Source: Nemertoderma westbladi | Lineage: Eukaryota > Animalia > Xenacoelomorpha | Length of the DNA: 64,000 bases | Assembly (NCBI GenBank): GCA_032718475.1 | Contig: JAUCBJ010004420.1 | Location: 97,258 to 161,257, forward strand | Direction of reading: 5' to 3' | In this document: piece after piece, positions 1-11,280 of the stretch | How positions within the stretch are numbered: position 1 is the first letter of the stretch | How the letters are laid out: every line of letters starts with the position of its first letter | Notes under the pieces: model-generated | The model's database searches: none | The model's input: only the letters and a program-made list of their open reading frames with translations | What the model was told of the DNA's origin: nothing | Translations under genes and position numbers: made by a program

Positions 1-492
1 ACCAATTAGGTTGAACGAGCTGTATGCCTCGCAGTTGATCATGCTATTTCTCCACTTTTTGTTTATAAGGATGTAATTCAGTTGTGCTTTGGTTCCATTA
101 GTGTATTGAAAGGTCCATAGCTTCCCCTTACTCTTTTCGAATGTGTTGTTTGTTGGTATCAATTCACATTCTTCCATTAGTTCTAAGAGTAAGTACCCAT
201 TTCTGTTAGAACTGGTGTTATAGGTGTAACCCTTGATGTCTTCTGGGCCAATTTGCGCATTCAGGATTCAGGATTCAGGATTTGTCTTGGGATTCCCATC
301 AAATGTTGCGATCATAACCCTGGAATTTATAGATTCGATATTGTTTAGGGTCTTAAGTGCAAATGGGCTTAGCAGAATTCCTACTCCACCAATTGATGCA
401 TTGGCCGAGTTTCTTACTGCTGAGCTTGTTACTAACGTCCATCCATTTCCAATGTCATTGTACTTCATGGCAGTGTCTTCATGACAAATCCG
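1..492 (-). mobile_element. Non-LTR retrotransposon (RTE-like) fragment, APE endonuclease domain, degenerate; runs off the left edge of the window
   Basis: Minus-strand translation GWTLVTSSAVRNSANASIGGVGILLSP...INSRVMIATFDGNPKT, then after a break LNAQIG...NRNGYLLLEL...LWTFQYTNGTKAQLNYILINKKWRNS. These are APE endonuclease motifs. An internal deletion/duplication (TTCAGGA x3) and a frameshift break the frame. Confidence 0.85.
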
Positions 493-541
493 ACATTTTG
501 TATAGTTAGGCCTATTGCTGACCGAACGAAAACTGCCCTGG

Positions 542-612
542 TCCATGCGAGGATCGAACCCCCCCGACCTACTGGAGATGTGAATTCAAAGCAACCACTA
601 CACCAAGGTGGA
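542..612 (-). ncRNA. tRNA-derived (Val-like) Pol III unit / SINE head, copy A
   Basis: On the minus strand: A-box TGGTGTAGTGG, B-box GGTTCGATCC at tRNA-like spacing, TCCA...TGGA acceptor-like pairing. The anticodon arm is degenerate. Confidence 0.65.
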
Positions 613-1377
613 ACAGTAACGTTCGAATTTGTTCGTTAACGTTCGAATTTATAGGACTCTGATTTAAGACCTGAGGCACTCCCCACAGCTGTGACGGGAT
701 CAAGGGATCCCGACCAGGTAGAGTCCTTACGCGTCACAGCAGGCTGATAGATGGATGTAAAAAGGTTTGAGTTTGGTGTTCAACTGACTGACTGATAATA
801 TAATATAAATGAACTAATGATAGCATAGAAACAATAACGGTAACAAAATGGATAATATGTATTAGGGTGTGTCAAAAAAAATTTATTTTCGATAATAAAG
901 TTTTCCTATCAGAAATGGGATGCCAAATTTATTAAAAATAACTACAAAACAAATGAAAACTTTTAATTTTTACATTTGACCCCCGCACGAGCCAACTTTG
1001 TTTCGAACGTTTTTTCGAAAATTTAATTTTTTGGAAAATTTTTTCCTTCGATATTTCAACTTTCCCATATTTTATAGCATTCACGGTTTATTAGTTATGT
1101 GTAAGAAATGATAATTTTCCAATTTCACATATGTTCTACCCCCGCACCTAGCCACCAAAGTAGGTCGTCGCTTACTCAACAAATAATAGGCTTATCTGCA
1201 ATATTATAATATTAAGCGGGAAATTTGAAACGGAAACGTTTCTGATTTATTCATAAAACGAAATAGTAATGTGCACCGGTAGGCCTATGCCTTTTCATAC
1301 TTCACTACTAACTAATGTGCTAGTGTCTTACGTAGAGTAAATTAGATCTGTCAAACTAGTTGTTAATAATTATTACT

Positions 1378-2488
1378 ATGCTGCGATCTAAAACTACTTA
1401 TGATTTTTTTGGTGTCTCATTAGAATTAAAGGGCTCGGTTTTACCAACCGGATTACAATGTATGAAACATGTAATATTTCTGCGCGAGCAGAAAGTCAAT
1501 GGGGTCACAAATACAGACGAGGAATGTCGTAGTTGCGCTGCTTCAGTTCTTCAAATTTGGGCAATGGCAGGAATTCCGGCAGTTTCCTCGGTGACTCGTC
1601 TTGGTAGTCGCATCAAGGAACTCTTTGATCGTAGTCGTAAACTTAAAAAAATTCCCGTTTCTCGCAGAACCAATTTGGCGGTCAAACAACAGTTTGCCAA
1701 ATATGAAGCGGAATTGTCTAAACTATTGGATGTGGCCGTTTGTAAATGCGATTTTGAAAGTAAATGTCTGTGTAAGCCGAACGACAAAGTCCCTGAATGT
1801 GAACGAAACTTCTTATTAGATCAACGCGGTCAACGAATAATGATAATTTCCAATGCGGTAGATGTTACTGAATCGAAAATACGAGCGCAAAGGAGGAAGC
1901 GTAATGAACGTACTATGTCTGGAGTCTCCCATACTAGTTGCGTATCCCTGGGCGATAGTGCTATTTTAGACAGTGGCACAGATAGCGATAATAATGAAGC
2001 AAATTCTGAATTATCCTGTTGCGAAAACTCATTGGAGAAGGTAATATTATACCAACCAACAACATCCACTCCAATTTCTAAAAGACTTCGTCTAACAAAC
2101 GTTGCAGAAATCTCTGATAGGTATAATCTTAGTAATCGCGCTGCTGCTGCGGTTTACAATTCAGCAATATGTGACTCCGGGTCATCGGCAGATATTGTTG
2201 ATCATAATAAGATCAGAAGAGAGAGGCAGAAACTTAGACAAAATCTACAAATCGGATGCGGTTTAATTCAGCCCATTGGCTTGTATTTTGATGGACGTAA
2301 AGACCCCACCCTAACTGATGGAGGGCGGCAGATAATTAAAGAAGAGCATTTCGTGCTTGTTGGGGAACCTGGCTCTGCCTATTTAGGCCACGTGGCTCCG
2401 GTGACAGGAGCATCAGCTGATGTTACTTCTGCTATAATGGACTTCATCGATTCCAGTCCGAATATTTCTCTCGAAAATCTTGATGTTG
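1378..2488 (+). CDS. hATm transposase, exon 1
   Basis: ATG at 1378; Cys-rich CKC...CLC region; YFDGRKD and EEHFVLVGEP motifs. Ends at the phase-1 donor G|GTAAGT (2488|2489). Confidence 0.88.
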
Positions 2489-2808
2489 GTAAGTTGTTGA
2501 TATACTAATGTACCAGTATATATACTATGTAGTAAATAAATATTGTAAATAAATAAATAAATAATGTTGGTATGTTGGTGATATACGAATGTATGCTGTA
2601 GTAAATAAATATTGTATATAAATAACTAAAAAAGTAAATACGAAATTAAAATTCGGAATGTAGGCTACTTTTAAAATTTTAATCTAAAATCGAGAAACGT
2701 ATAAATATATAAATAATTATATTAGTCAGTGTAAATGTGAAATGAAAATATGGACGTCGGACGTTACAAATTTATGTATATACTGGTTGGTACTTACTGA
2801 AATAATAA

Positions 2809-4006
2809 GGATGTAGGACAATTCGGTCCCGGACAATTCGGTCCCGGACAATTCGGTCCCAGACAATTCGGTCCAGACAATTCGGTCCCGGACAATTCGG
2901 TCCCGGACAATTCGGTCCCAAAACACTAAATAAATGGGACCGAATTGTCCGGGACCGAATTGTCCGGGACCGAATAGTTCTAGGACCGAATTGTCCTAGG
3001 ACCGAATTGTCCGGGACCGAATTGTCCGGGACCGAATTGTCCGGGACCTAATTGTCCGGGACCGAATTGTCCGGTTCCTGATAGCAACTTTTTAGTGCTT
3101 TTTTTGATATTGGTGAATGTTCTAGAACATTAGTAGAGATATTTGTTTTGGTAGCTAGTGTTATTTACTTGCTAGAATTTTTTGAAATTTTAAAAATACT
3201 GTATTTTTTTTATTTTTGTTATTGGTAGTGTTCGAGAACATTATTATATATTATTTATTAAGATGTAGCTAGTGTTTTTTTTTACTAGCTAACATTTCCT
3301 TGAAATTATAAAAATACCTGTGAAAACAATGATATTTCAGAATTAGGCCTAAACTGTTGCTGATTATATTAATTACCAACAATATTGATGATATTATAAC
3401 AGTCCCTGAATGAGATCCAGCTAATATCTAGGATAATAATTTAGGCTTGTTAACCAGCCAACAACACATACAGTATACTTACGCAATATATTAAAAAAAA
3501 TCAGCTTTAAACATTTTAAATACATACTATTACTAGCTAGTAAATAATTCACAAGCTCCATAAAAACACCATAGCTACCATAAATAATAATGTTAACAAA
3601 AAAAAAGTAAATTTTTTTATTTAAAAAAAATACTAGCTAGCAAAAAAAAACACTAGCTACCATATAATAATATATATTAAGGTTCTAGAACATTCACCAT
3701 TATATAGTACAGTACCAATTAAATTTGGTCCCGGACAATTCGGCCCCTACAATTCGGTCCCGGACAATTCGGTTCCGGACAATTCGGTCCCATTAATATG
3801 CATGTTTTGGGACCGAATTGTCCTAGTCAGTATCCGGACAATTCGGTGCCGGACAATTCGGTCCCAAAACATAAAATTAATGGGACCGAATTGTCCGGGA
3901 CCGAATTGTCCGGGACCGAATTATCCGGACCGAATTGTCCGGGACCGAATTGTCCGGGACCGAATTGTCCGGACCGAATTGTCCGGGACCGAATTGTCCT
4001 GCTTCC
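2809..4006. mobile_element. Non-autonomous Mutator/Foldback (Phantom-like) MITE in the transposase intron
   Basis: Termini GGATGTAGGACAATTCGG / CCGAATTGTCCTGCTTCC; 9-bp TSD AAATAATAA (2800-2808, 4007-4015); blocks of the 15-bp unit GGACAATTCGGTCCC in alternating orientation around an AT-rich core. Confidence 0.8.
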
Positions 4007-4173
4007 AAATAATAAACGTATAGGCCTATATAGGCGTATATATTTAGGCGCATTAAGCTCAAACTGAAATCAACTACCGAAAAATCTAAATACAGTAGGC
4101 AATAGGAAAAGTTATGTAGAGGTATAACGGTATTTATTATTTAAAAATTATTGTTTACATTGATTTTTTTCAG

Positions 4174-5291
4174 TTGGATGCGATAGCACCAGCGTTAATA
4201 CTGGCTGGAAAAACGGAATAATTGTGAACCTCGAACGGAAACTAGAAACACCACTTCAACATGCGATATGCCTCCTTCACATCAACGAGCTTCCACTTCG
4301 ACATCTGATAATAGAACTTGACGGTACTACAACAGGAAGCAACACATTTTCGGGTCCAGTTGGGAAACTCCTTCATAATTGTCACAAATTTAGCCCTGTT
4401 ATATTTGAGCCTATTATCAATAATAATTTTCCTGAACTTGAACAGTCTGTTTCTTCCAAACTTTCGAGTGATCAGCGATATTTATTTGATATCTGCAATG
4501 CAGTAATATCTGGAGAACTATGTGAATCAACCGCCAATAAAACTCCAGGACCTATCAGTCACTCGAGGTGGCTTACAACTGCGTCAAGAATCCTTCGGCT
4601 TTATGTATCTACCGAAGATCCATCTGATGTACTTTCCCGTCTTTCTTATTTTGTGATAAATATATATGCCCCTTCCTGGTTTAATATAAAGCGTAATTGG
4701 GAGATACAATACGGGGCTTTACACTTCCTCCATATGTTGATTTTGTGTGACAAGTTACTCCTCGATAATGAAAAGACCATTATATTTCCAGTTCTCCGTC
4801 AAGGGGCATATTATGCTCACAGCGAAAATGTATTATTATCTTTGTTGTCATCTGAAGATAAGGACACTCGATTTCAGGCGTTTGATATAATACGTGAAAT
4901 TAGAATATCGAAGTTGATAACTAGTGAGCCAATCATTAGAGTGTTCCGTACCCCTCACATATCGTGTACCGAGAATACATTATTAGAGCTACTTGAAACT
5001 AATGAAGAGAAACATCAACCCCCTTTAATAGCTAATAAATCTCTTACTGAGCTACAAATGTTACTGGAGAAAGGTCCTATGAAATGGGAAATTCCATGTC
5101 ATTCCCAGAATGTGGAACAATTGGTTCAATGCGTGTCAACTGTATCCAAACGAGTCTGCGGTGTTAAGGAGAGAGATGGCTACATTAGAACTCAATTATC
5201 TAGTCGCCAAACAATGCCAAAATTTAATTCTAAGAAAGATTTTAAGCTAAAGATAAACCTTAATATCCCCAGTAGTACAGATGGTGTTTAG
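4174..5291 (+). CDS. hATm transposase, exon 2 (spliced product 742 aa)
   Basis: Acceptor TTTTTTTCAG at 4173. The join gives LDV-V-GCDSTSVNTGWKNG, in frame with ORF 4224-5291 (CLLHINELPLRH, HSRWLTTASRILRLY, PCHSQNVE). Confidence 0.88.
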
Positions 5292-6216
5292 TTTGAGTTA
5301 TTGGATTCTGATTTTTCTTATATTGTGTTGGTGGTGATTAATAAAGCATCTTGATAGTACTGATCTCGTCCAGACTAATTACAATGTTCACAGACCCAGT
5401 TCTACTGTTTATTATCACAAATTTTAGGGATAAGTTGGTTAAATATACACATTGACAAACATAATGACATAAATAACGATATTTTTTTGCGTATTCGTGA
5501 AAAGCAACCTACTTTGGTGACTAGGTGCGGGGGTAGAACATATATGAAATTGTAAAATTATCGTTTCTTACAAATAACTAACTAACCAAGAATGCTATAA
5601 AATATGGGAAAGTTGAAATATAAAAGGAAAAAAATTTCATAAAAAATTTAATTTTTGAAAAAACGTTCGAAACAAAGTTGGCTTGTGCGGGGGTCAAATG
5701 TAAAAATAAAATGTTTTCATTTGTTTTGAAGTTATTTTTAATGAATTTGGCATCCCATTTACGATAGGAAAATTGAATTATCGAAAAAAAAAAATTTTTG
5801 ACACACCCTAATATGTATAGCAGCACCGCAATGACGGTTGAACTATGTCGCCGGTCCGCAGTGAACTGATGACTGAGTAAACTAACTGACCGGTAATGGG
5901 ATGCAACATAATATATATATACCCCTACTCTACTGTGGCCTTACTACCTAGCAGATGCTCTCCCTCGCCCCTCATTGGCTAACAACCTAATTCTCGGAGT
6001 GGGAGTGCTTCCCCCCCCCCCCGCTGCTGTCACTTCCCTTCTCGAGGTAGCTTGACCTCTAACCTCTTTTGTGTGGCTCTTTGGGGCTATATGTTGTCTC
6101 CGTTATTGGGGGTGATACAATATTAATTTGTGATTAACCTCATATCCCCCAATATTGCTGAAAACGCCACTTCCCAACTTTATGGGGTTGGTGAGGCGGA
6201 ATTGAATCCGCTCACA

Positions 6217-7130
6217 ACAGCCACAGCATCAGCCACAGCCACAGCCACAGCCACAGCCACAGCCACAGCCACAGCCACAGCCACAGCCACAGCCACAGTC
6301 ACAGCCACCGCCACAGCCACAGCCACAGCCACAGCCACAGCCACAGCCACAGCTACAGCCACAGCCACAGCCACAGCCACAGCCACAGCCACAGCCACAG
6401 CCACAGCCACAGCCACAGCCACAGCCACAGCAACAGCCTCAGCCACAGCCTCAGCCACAGCCACAACCACAACCACAGCCACAGCCACAGCCTCAGCCAC
6501 AGCCTCAGCCACAGCCACAGCCACAACCTCAGCCACAGCCACAGCCGCAGCCACAGCCACAGCCACAACCACAGCCACAGCCACAGCCACAGCCACAGCC
6601 ACAGCCACAGCCACAGCCACAACCACAGCCACAGCCACAGCCTCAGCCATATCCACAGCTACAGCCTCAGCCTCAGCCACAGCCACAGCCATAGCCACAA
6701 CCAAGGCCTCAGCCACAGCCACAGCCACAGCCTCAGCCACAGCCTCAGCCACAGCCTCAGCCTCAGCCACAGCCACAACCTCAGCCACAGCCACAGCCAA
6801 AGCCACAGCCACAGCCACAGCCACAGCCACAGCCACAGCCACAGCCACAGCCACAGCCACAGCCACAGCCACAGCCACAGCCACAGCCACAGCCACAGCC
6901 ACAGCCACAGCCACAGCCACAGCCACAGCCACAGCCACAGCCACAGCCACAGCCACAGCCACAGCCACAGCCACTGCCACAGCCACAGCCACAGCCACAG
7001 CCACAGCCACAGCCACAGCCACAGCCACAGCCACAGCCACAGCCACAGCCTCAGCCACAGCCTCAGACACAGCCACAGCCACAGCCACAGCCTCAGCCAC
7101 AGTCACAGCCACAGCCACCGCCACAACCTC
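6217..7130. repeat. (ACAGCC)n hexamer array, i.e. (GTGGCT)n on the minus strand; copy A
   Basis: About 150 units, with scattered point variants. Confidence 0.97.
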
Positions 7131-7761
7131 ACCCCCAGCCACTTCTCCAGCACACCACTTCTCCCCACAGGAGATTATTTGTTTATCTGTTGAAAAAATG
7201 TTTAACTAATTTGATGTTTTGGTTACCCATTCATTAAGCATTTAAAATAGGATCAAGTTGACTTTATTTGTCTAATTAAACATATTATTATGAAATTACA
7301 TAATTAATACGACTAAATATAATAAATATTTCAAACAATCAGTTATAATTAATGTCTCACATTAACTGTACGACTGTTCATACGCCTAGGTCGATATACA
7401 ACAGTTGCTGGAGATATAACTTTTCCATTCCCTACTCTGATTTTCTGTCCATTTTCATTGTCATTCTCCTCTGATTCTTCCTCACTGCCATCGCTACTGG
7501 GAGTGAGGCAAGCCTCTTGTCTTGTATGCCTAACTTTATGCCTCACTATACCATACACAAACCTCACTTAATAAGCAATAGCCTCCCATATATAAATTTA
7601 AATTATTAACAATAATCTTTCAATCTATTAATAATGTTCCATCTTCTGATTACTGAGAATTATATTTGTAAGTGAATCAATCCCTAGCTAAACAAACTGA
7701 AAATTTTGAAAAAATTATAGATGTAGACATTTAAAAACATAATACAGTTTTCTTGCATAAA

Positions 7762-7851
7762 ATGTCTAGTTATGAAAAGTGCATGGTTTGTGATAAAGAA
7801 ATGAGACGAGACAGTATATCCCTCCATATGAGTATACATAGAAAGTAATAT
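7762..7851 (+). pseudogene. 5' part of a C2H2 zinc-finger/acidic pseudogene split by BEL copy 1
   Basis: MSSYEKCMVCDKEMRRDSISLHMSIHRK*Y (C-x2-C-x11-H-x3-H). Continues in frame at 26317 (V-MEPSPKKLK) when the element and one TSD copy are removed. Confidence 0.6.
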
Positions 7852-10042
7852 TGTTACGGTATATGGCGCTGTATCCACATTATTAGCCATCATACAGTAT
7901 AATATGTTTGTTATTGTGCAGTATAATTATTTAGATAAGGCACAGTGCGGTGACATTTAGGTAAGGAAGTTAAAACGCCCATATATTTTGAATTCATCCA
8001 TTTTGTATAGTATGTAGCCCTACCTACGTAATTTTGTATTAGGATATATGTAGATAGTCCCAGGGTAGCAAGTTTATTCGGACCCTGGATTTTGTGCTTG
8101 CTGATATTAGCATCAATAGGGCTAGCATATAGGGACGCTGTCCTGGCCATTCAGCAGCCAGGGACGTGAACCATTACCATATATGGTAATAATTCGAGGT
8201 TTGGGCAAGCAATAAGGCTACAATCCGGCCTCCTTATTGGACTAACTGCTTCCAGGTTGGTCTAATGCTAGCACGGACTGGAGAGCCAATAGGAGAGCGA
8301 TTGAGTCACCCTATTGCATCACCCCATCCGGATCACCTATAAATTGGCGGTGTGCCGGTAGAGCCTTACTGTTATTCCTCACATGATCTGCTATCACCTT
8401 TGTACTTGCTGAGCTGTCTCTATTCATTTTTGACGGATATTTTAGCGTATTTTCTGCAATTTGCTAATTTTGATTAGTTTCTTGAAATGATTTGCTAGTG
8501 CGATTACTCTTGATTGTGTTTCTCAATTAATTCCTTCGATTACTGCTAATTACAACTGAACTATGATTTCTACCTTTTGATTAATGGTTCTATGTGATTC
8601 TTTTCTGCGCAATAATCCTAAGGGATTTCTGAGACTGTCAGACTTTGTGATTTGCATGCGCCGCTACGGTAGCTATTAGCATAATGGAGGGCTAAGGTGC
8701 CAGTAGGCGGTGGGCACATCGGGGGGTTGGGCGACTAAGGGAGAGCGGAGGATTCAAAGGCGGGCAACGCTGGCGGGGGTCAACATTGCGGTCGGGCAGT
8801 TTGGACTGTGGGTTGGAGACCGCTCGCCGGTACAGTAATTAGGGGGCTGATGATCCAAGGTTTTGTCTCTATTTAGTATTAGGGGGCAGGAATTGGGTTA
8901 GTTAGGAAGCCTAGATGTACCCGGGAGGGGCCTGCATACCTTACAGTAAGTAAGTTGCGAAGTAAGTAGTTTGCGAATTAGTCAATTGCGAATTATTATG
9001 TTGCGAATTATATAATTGAAGATTGTATAATTGCAAGTCGTGCTATTGTGATCTGTGATTGCTGACGCTGATTGGTGTGTTACTGAAGTGTGCCTATGAT
9101 TACGATTGCTTAGGTAGGCGCCCCCTTTTTCTTTGATTGATTTCTATTTCTTAGTTACAACAAATAGTTACTGATTAGGTCAAAGTAATACGGCAATTTA
9201 GGCTATTACTAGCGAAACCTGTTGCGAAATAAATTAGAATTACGCATTCTGGAACTCTTAGTAATTAGTACGCTGTTACATATTTGTGACTGTAATTGAT
9301 TAGTAAAATTAAGAATTAGTACGCAGCATAGCGGAGAGTAGCTAAGGTAATAATTTAGAGTACCGTAAACTATTCACGCTGAGCGGTTATTTGCATTAGC
9401 GGGCAATAAACTAGATCGCAGTAGTCAGTACGCAAGACACTAGTAAATTGCTGGCCTAAAGCCAGCTGCAGGCAAGTTTAGACCCAGAGCGGTAACACCT
9501 ACGAAAGACATTGTACTGTACCATTTTGATTATTTTAAATATTCTCGCATTCACATATTCCATTGGGGAACCCCCAGTATTCGTGATTAGAAAAGACGTA
9601 AGCATTAGCGTATTTCAGTAGTAAAATTAGGCGTAAGAATACTTTGAGTGCAAAGCCCCTCGCACTCGTCTTAAGTAAGCTTAGGGAGCCGACTCGGGTT
9701 TATTGTTTTGGTTATTCCCGCGTGGCTCATAGATTCGAACAGTTAGCTCTCTATCGAGCGATCGGTAGAGAAAGGAACAAGCGATTTTGCAGGAGCCGTG
9801 TAAATTTAGTAAAATATATTAGCGGACGGCAGATTAGCGCCATCCAACGGTAAGTAGCGGTTTTGTATTTAGCAACCTTTACAATTTAGTAATAGCACGC
9901 TCCTGATCCCCTTTACTTAACAGTAGAGCAGTCTTTGTGTCTTATTGGTTAGGCGAGAGCTCATTAGGTTGGCAGAGAGGTATACGGGTATTTGTCTGTT
10001 CAACAGTTCTGCTGTTAGTATAGGTGTCGCGGTTGTTTAACA
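7852..10042 (+). repeat. 5' LTR of BEL copy 1
   Basis: Near-identical to 24121-26311; about 6 substitutions seen by eye. Confidence 0.97.
8236..8345 (+). promoter_or_regulatory. LTR promoter: CCAAT boxes and TATA box (TATAAAT at 8338)
   Basis: ATTGG at 8236, CCAAT near 8286 and CCTATAAAT at 8336-8344; retained in all four LTRs of the family. Confidence 0.55.
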
Positions 10043-11280
10043 GTACAGCAGTAAGGTATGTATTTTGTTTGCTGTACTGCGTACAGTGAGTACGATTAAG
10101 ATTACAATATTAGGTACCGGTACTGTACTGCGTACAGTAAATAGAGTATATTCTTAGGCTGAGTAGATTAGATTTACTGTTACTTTGTAACAGTAAGGTA
10201 TGTTTTATTGGCTGTTGCTTGCAGCAGTCAAGAGTGTATTCTTAGGCTGTTAGGTTAGATTACTGTATTCACTGGTCGCATACAATAGTACAGTAGTACA
10301 TTAGGCTGATTGCTGTTACTGCGTACGGTAGAAGGGACATTTGTTTTGCCATACCACACACAGTATCATTAGGCTGTTAGGTTGGTGTACTGTTTTACTT
10401 ACTGTACTGCGTACAGTGAATGTACGGTAGTGCGTTTTTACTAATTGCGAATACAGCAGTTCCTTAGGCCTTAGGGCAAACTGTAATTAGTAAGTTTTTT
10501 GAAAATTTTAGCTAGGTTTGCGAGAATTCAGTTTCGGTCAAAATTATTTTGTAAAATTCTAGAGTTTTGTACCGGTATGTTAGGTAACCGCTTAGTTATT
10601 TTATACCATCTGGAGATACATGGCAAGACGGAACTTCTGAGTTTGGGGTTTGTGTGGGTCTGCGGGTTCGGTTTGCAATCAGCGAAGGGCCTGTGAATCT
10701 TTGGACCCGGACGTGGAATCTCACAGCAAACAAGGTTAGTTGTTCTGTTGGCACCATTGTGTTTGTGGAAGCAGTAAAAAATTATCGGTTGTTTAACTGC
10801 GAAGCTGAACTCAATTTATTAGTTAGGATATTTAGGTTTAGCCGGCCATGGTTTTTTGAATCGCTCAAGTTAGAGAGAGAGTTAGAGAGAGTCGCAACCC
10901 GAAGATGTAGCCACGCGCTAGTGGATACATATAATATTTGAAATTAAAATTACGTTGATTAGAGCTATATATATAAAATTAGAAATATTCGGGTGGCAAG
11001 TTTATTTTGAATATTTTGTATTAGATTCAAAGTTATTTTGTGCTATACCGGTATTTAATGCTATATAATAGCTAAATAATAATATTTTTGTTTAAATATT
11101 GTGCTAGTATTTGCTATAACTATACCCCATTAAATTCACAATATTGCATTGCGAATTTATTTGACATTTTGGACCAACTGATTATTAGACAAATAATTTG
11201 ACCGTATTTCGGTTAAATTATAATTATATCTCGAACTTTTGCGAGATATTTTTGCCGGAAGGCAAAACATTATTAAGACC

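Larger units (their letters stand above)
863..5810 (+). mobile_element. Autonomous hAT (hATm-type) DNA transposon
   Basis: TAGGGTGTGTCAAAAA...TTTTTGACACACCCTA termini; imperfect TIRs of ~300 bp containing CCCCGCAC motifs; 8-bp TSD ATATGTAT (855-862, 5811-5818); encodes a transposase. Confidence 0.92.
690..6216 (-). mobile_element. Solo LTR (~570 bp: 690-862 + 5819-6216) split by a hATm insertion
   Basis: Termini TGTGACGGGA...TCCGCTCACA (TG...CA inverted repeat). 5-bp TSD ACAGC at 685-689 and 6217-6221. The empty site is visible in unit copies B and C. CCAAT and TATA-like motifs lie on the minus strand near 5975 and 5915. Confidence 0.75.
493..7498 (-). repeat. Composite repeat unit, copy A (inverted relative to B and C), interrupted by the solo LTR at 690-6216
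   Basis: 493-689 plus 6217-7498 are the reverse complement of ~26821-28350 (end of acidic ORF, AT spacer, hexamer array, tRNA-like unit). Homology ends abruptly at 493 and at 7498. Confidence 0.9.

Noticed and set aside
2726-4067. GTELS / GPNCP / RDRIV peptide-repeat ORFs
   Set aside because: Translations of the 15-bp MITE repeat inside an intron.
6130-7209. Ala-Thr, Val-Ala and Leu-Trp repeat ORFs (also 27123-28127, 52559-53576), superficially antifreeze- or mucin-like
   Set aside because: They arise from a stop-free hexamer open in several frames on both strands, mostly with non-ATG starts. The 6130 start lies inside a solo LTR, and copy B is frameshifted.
7911-8150. Short LTR ORFs (79-84 aa antisense; 67-69 aa at 9644-9853) recurring four times
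   Set aside because: Recurrence only reflects LTR identity; start and frame differ between copies and no motif is recognisable.
8840-8880. Hammerhead ribozyme core CTGATGA in the LTR
   Set aside because: No stem II plus GAAA follows, and the motif is mutated in one copy 2 LTR.
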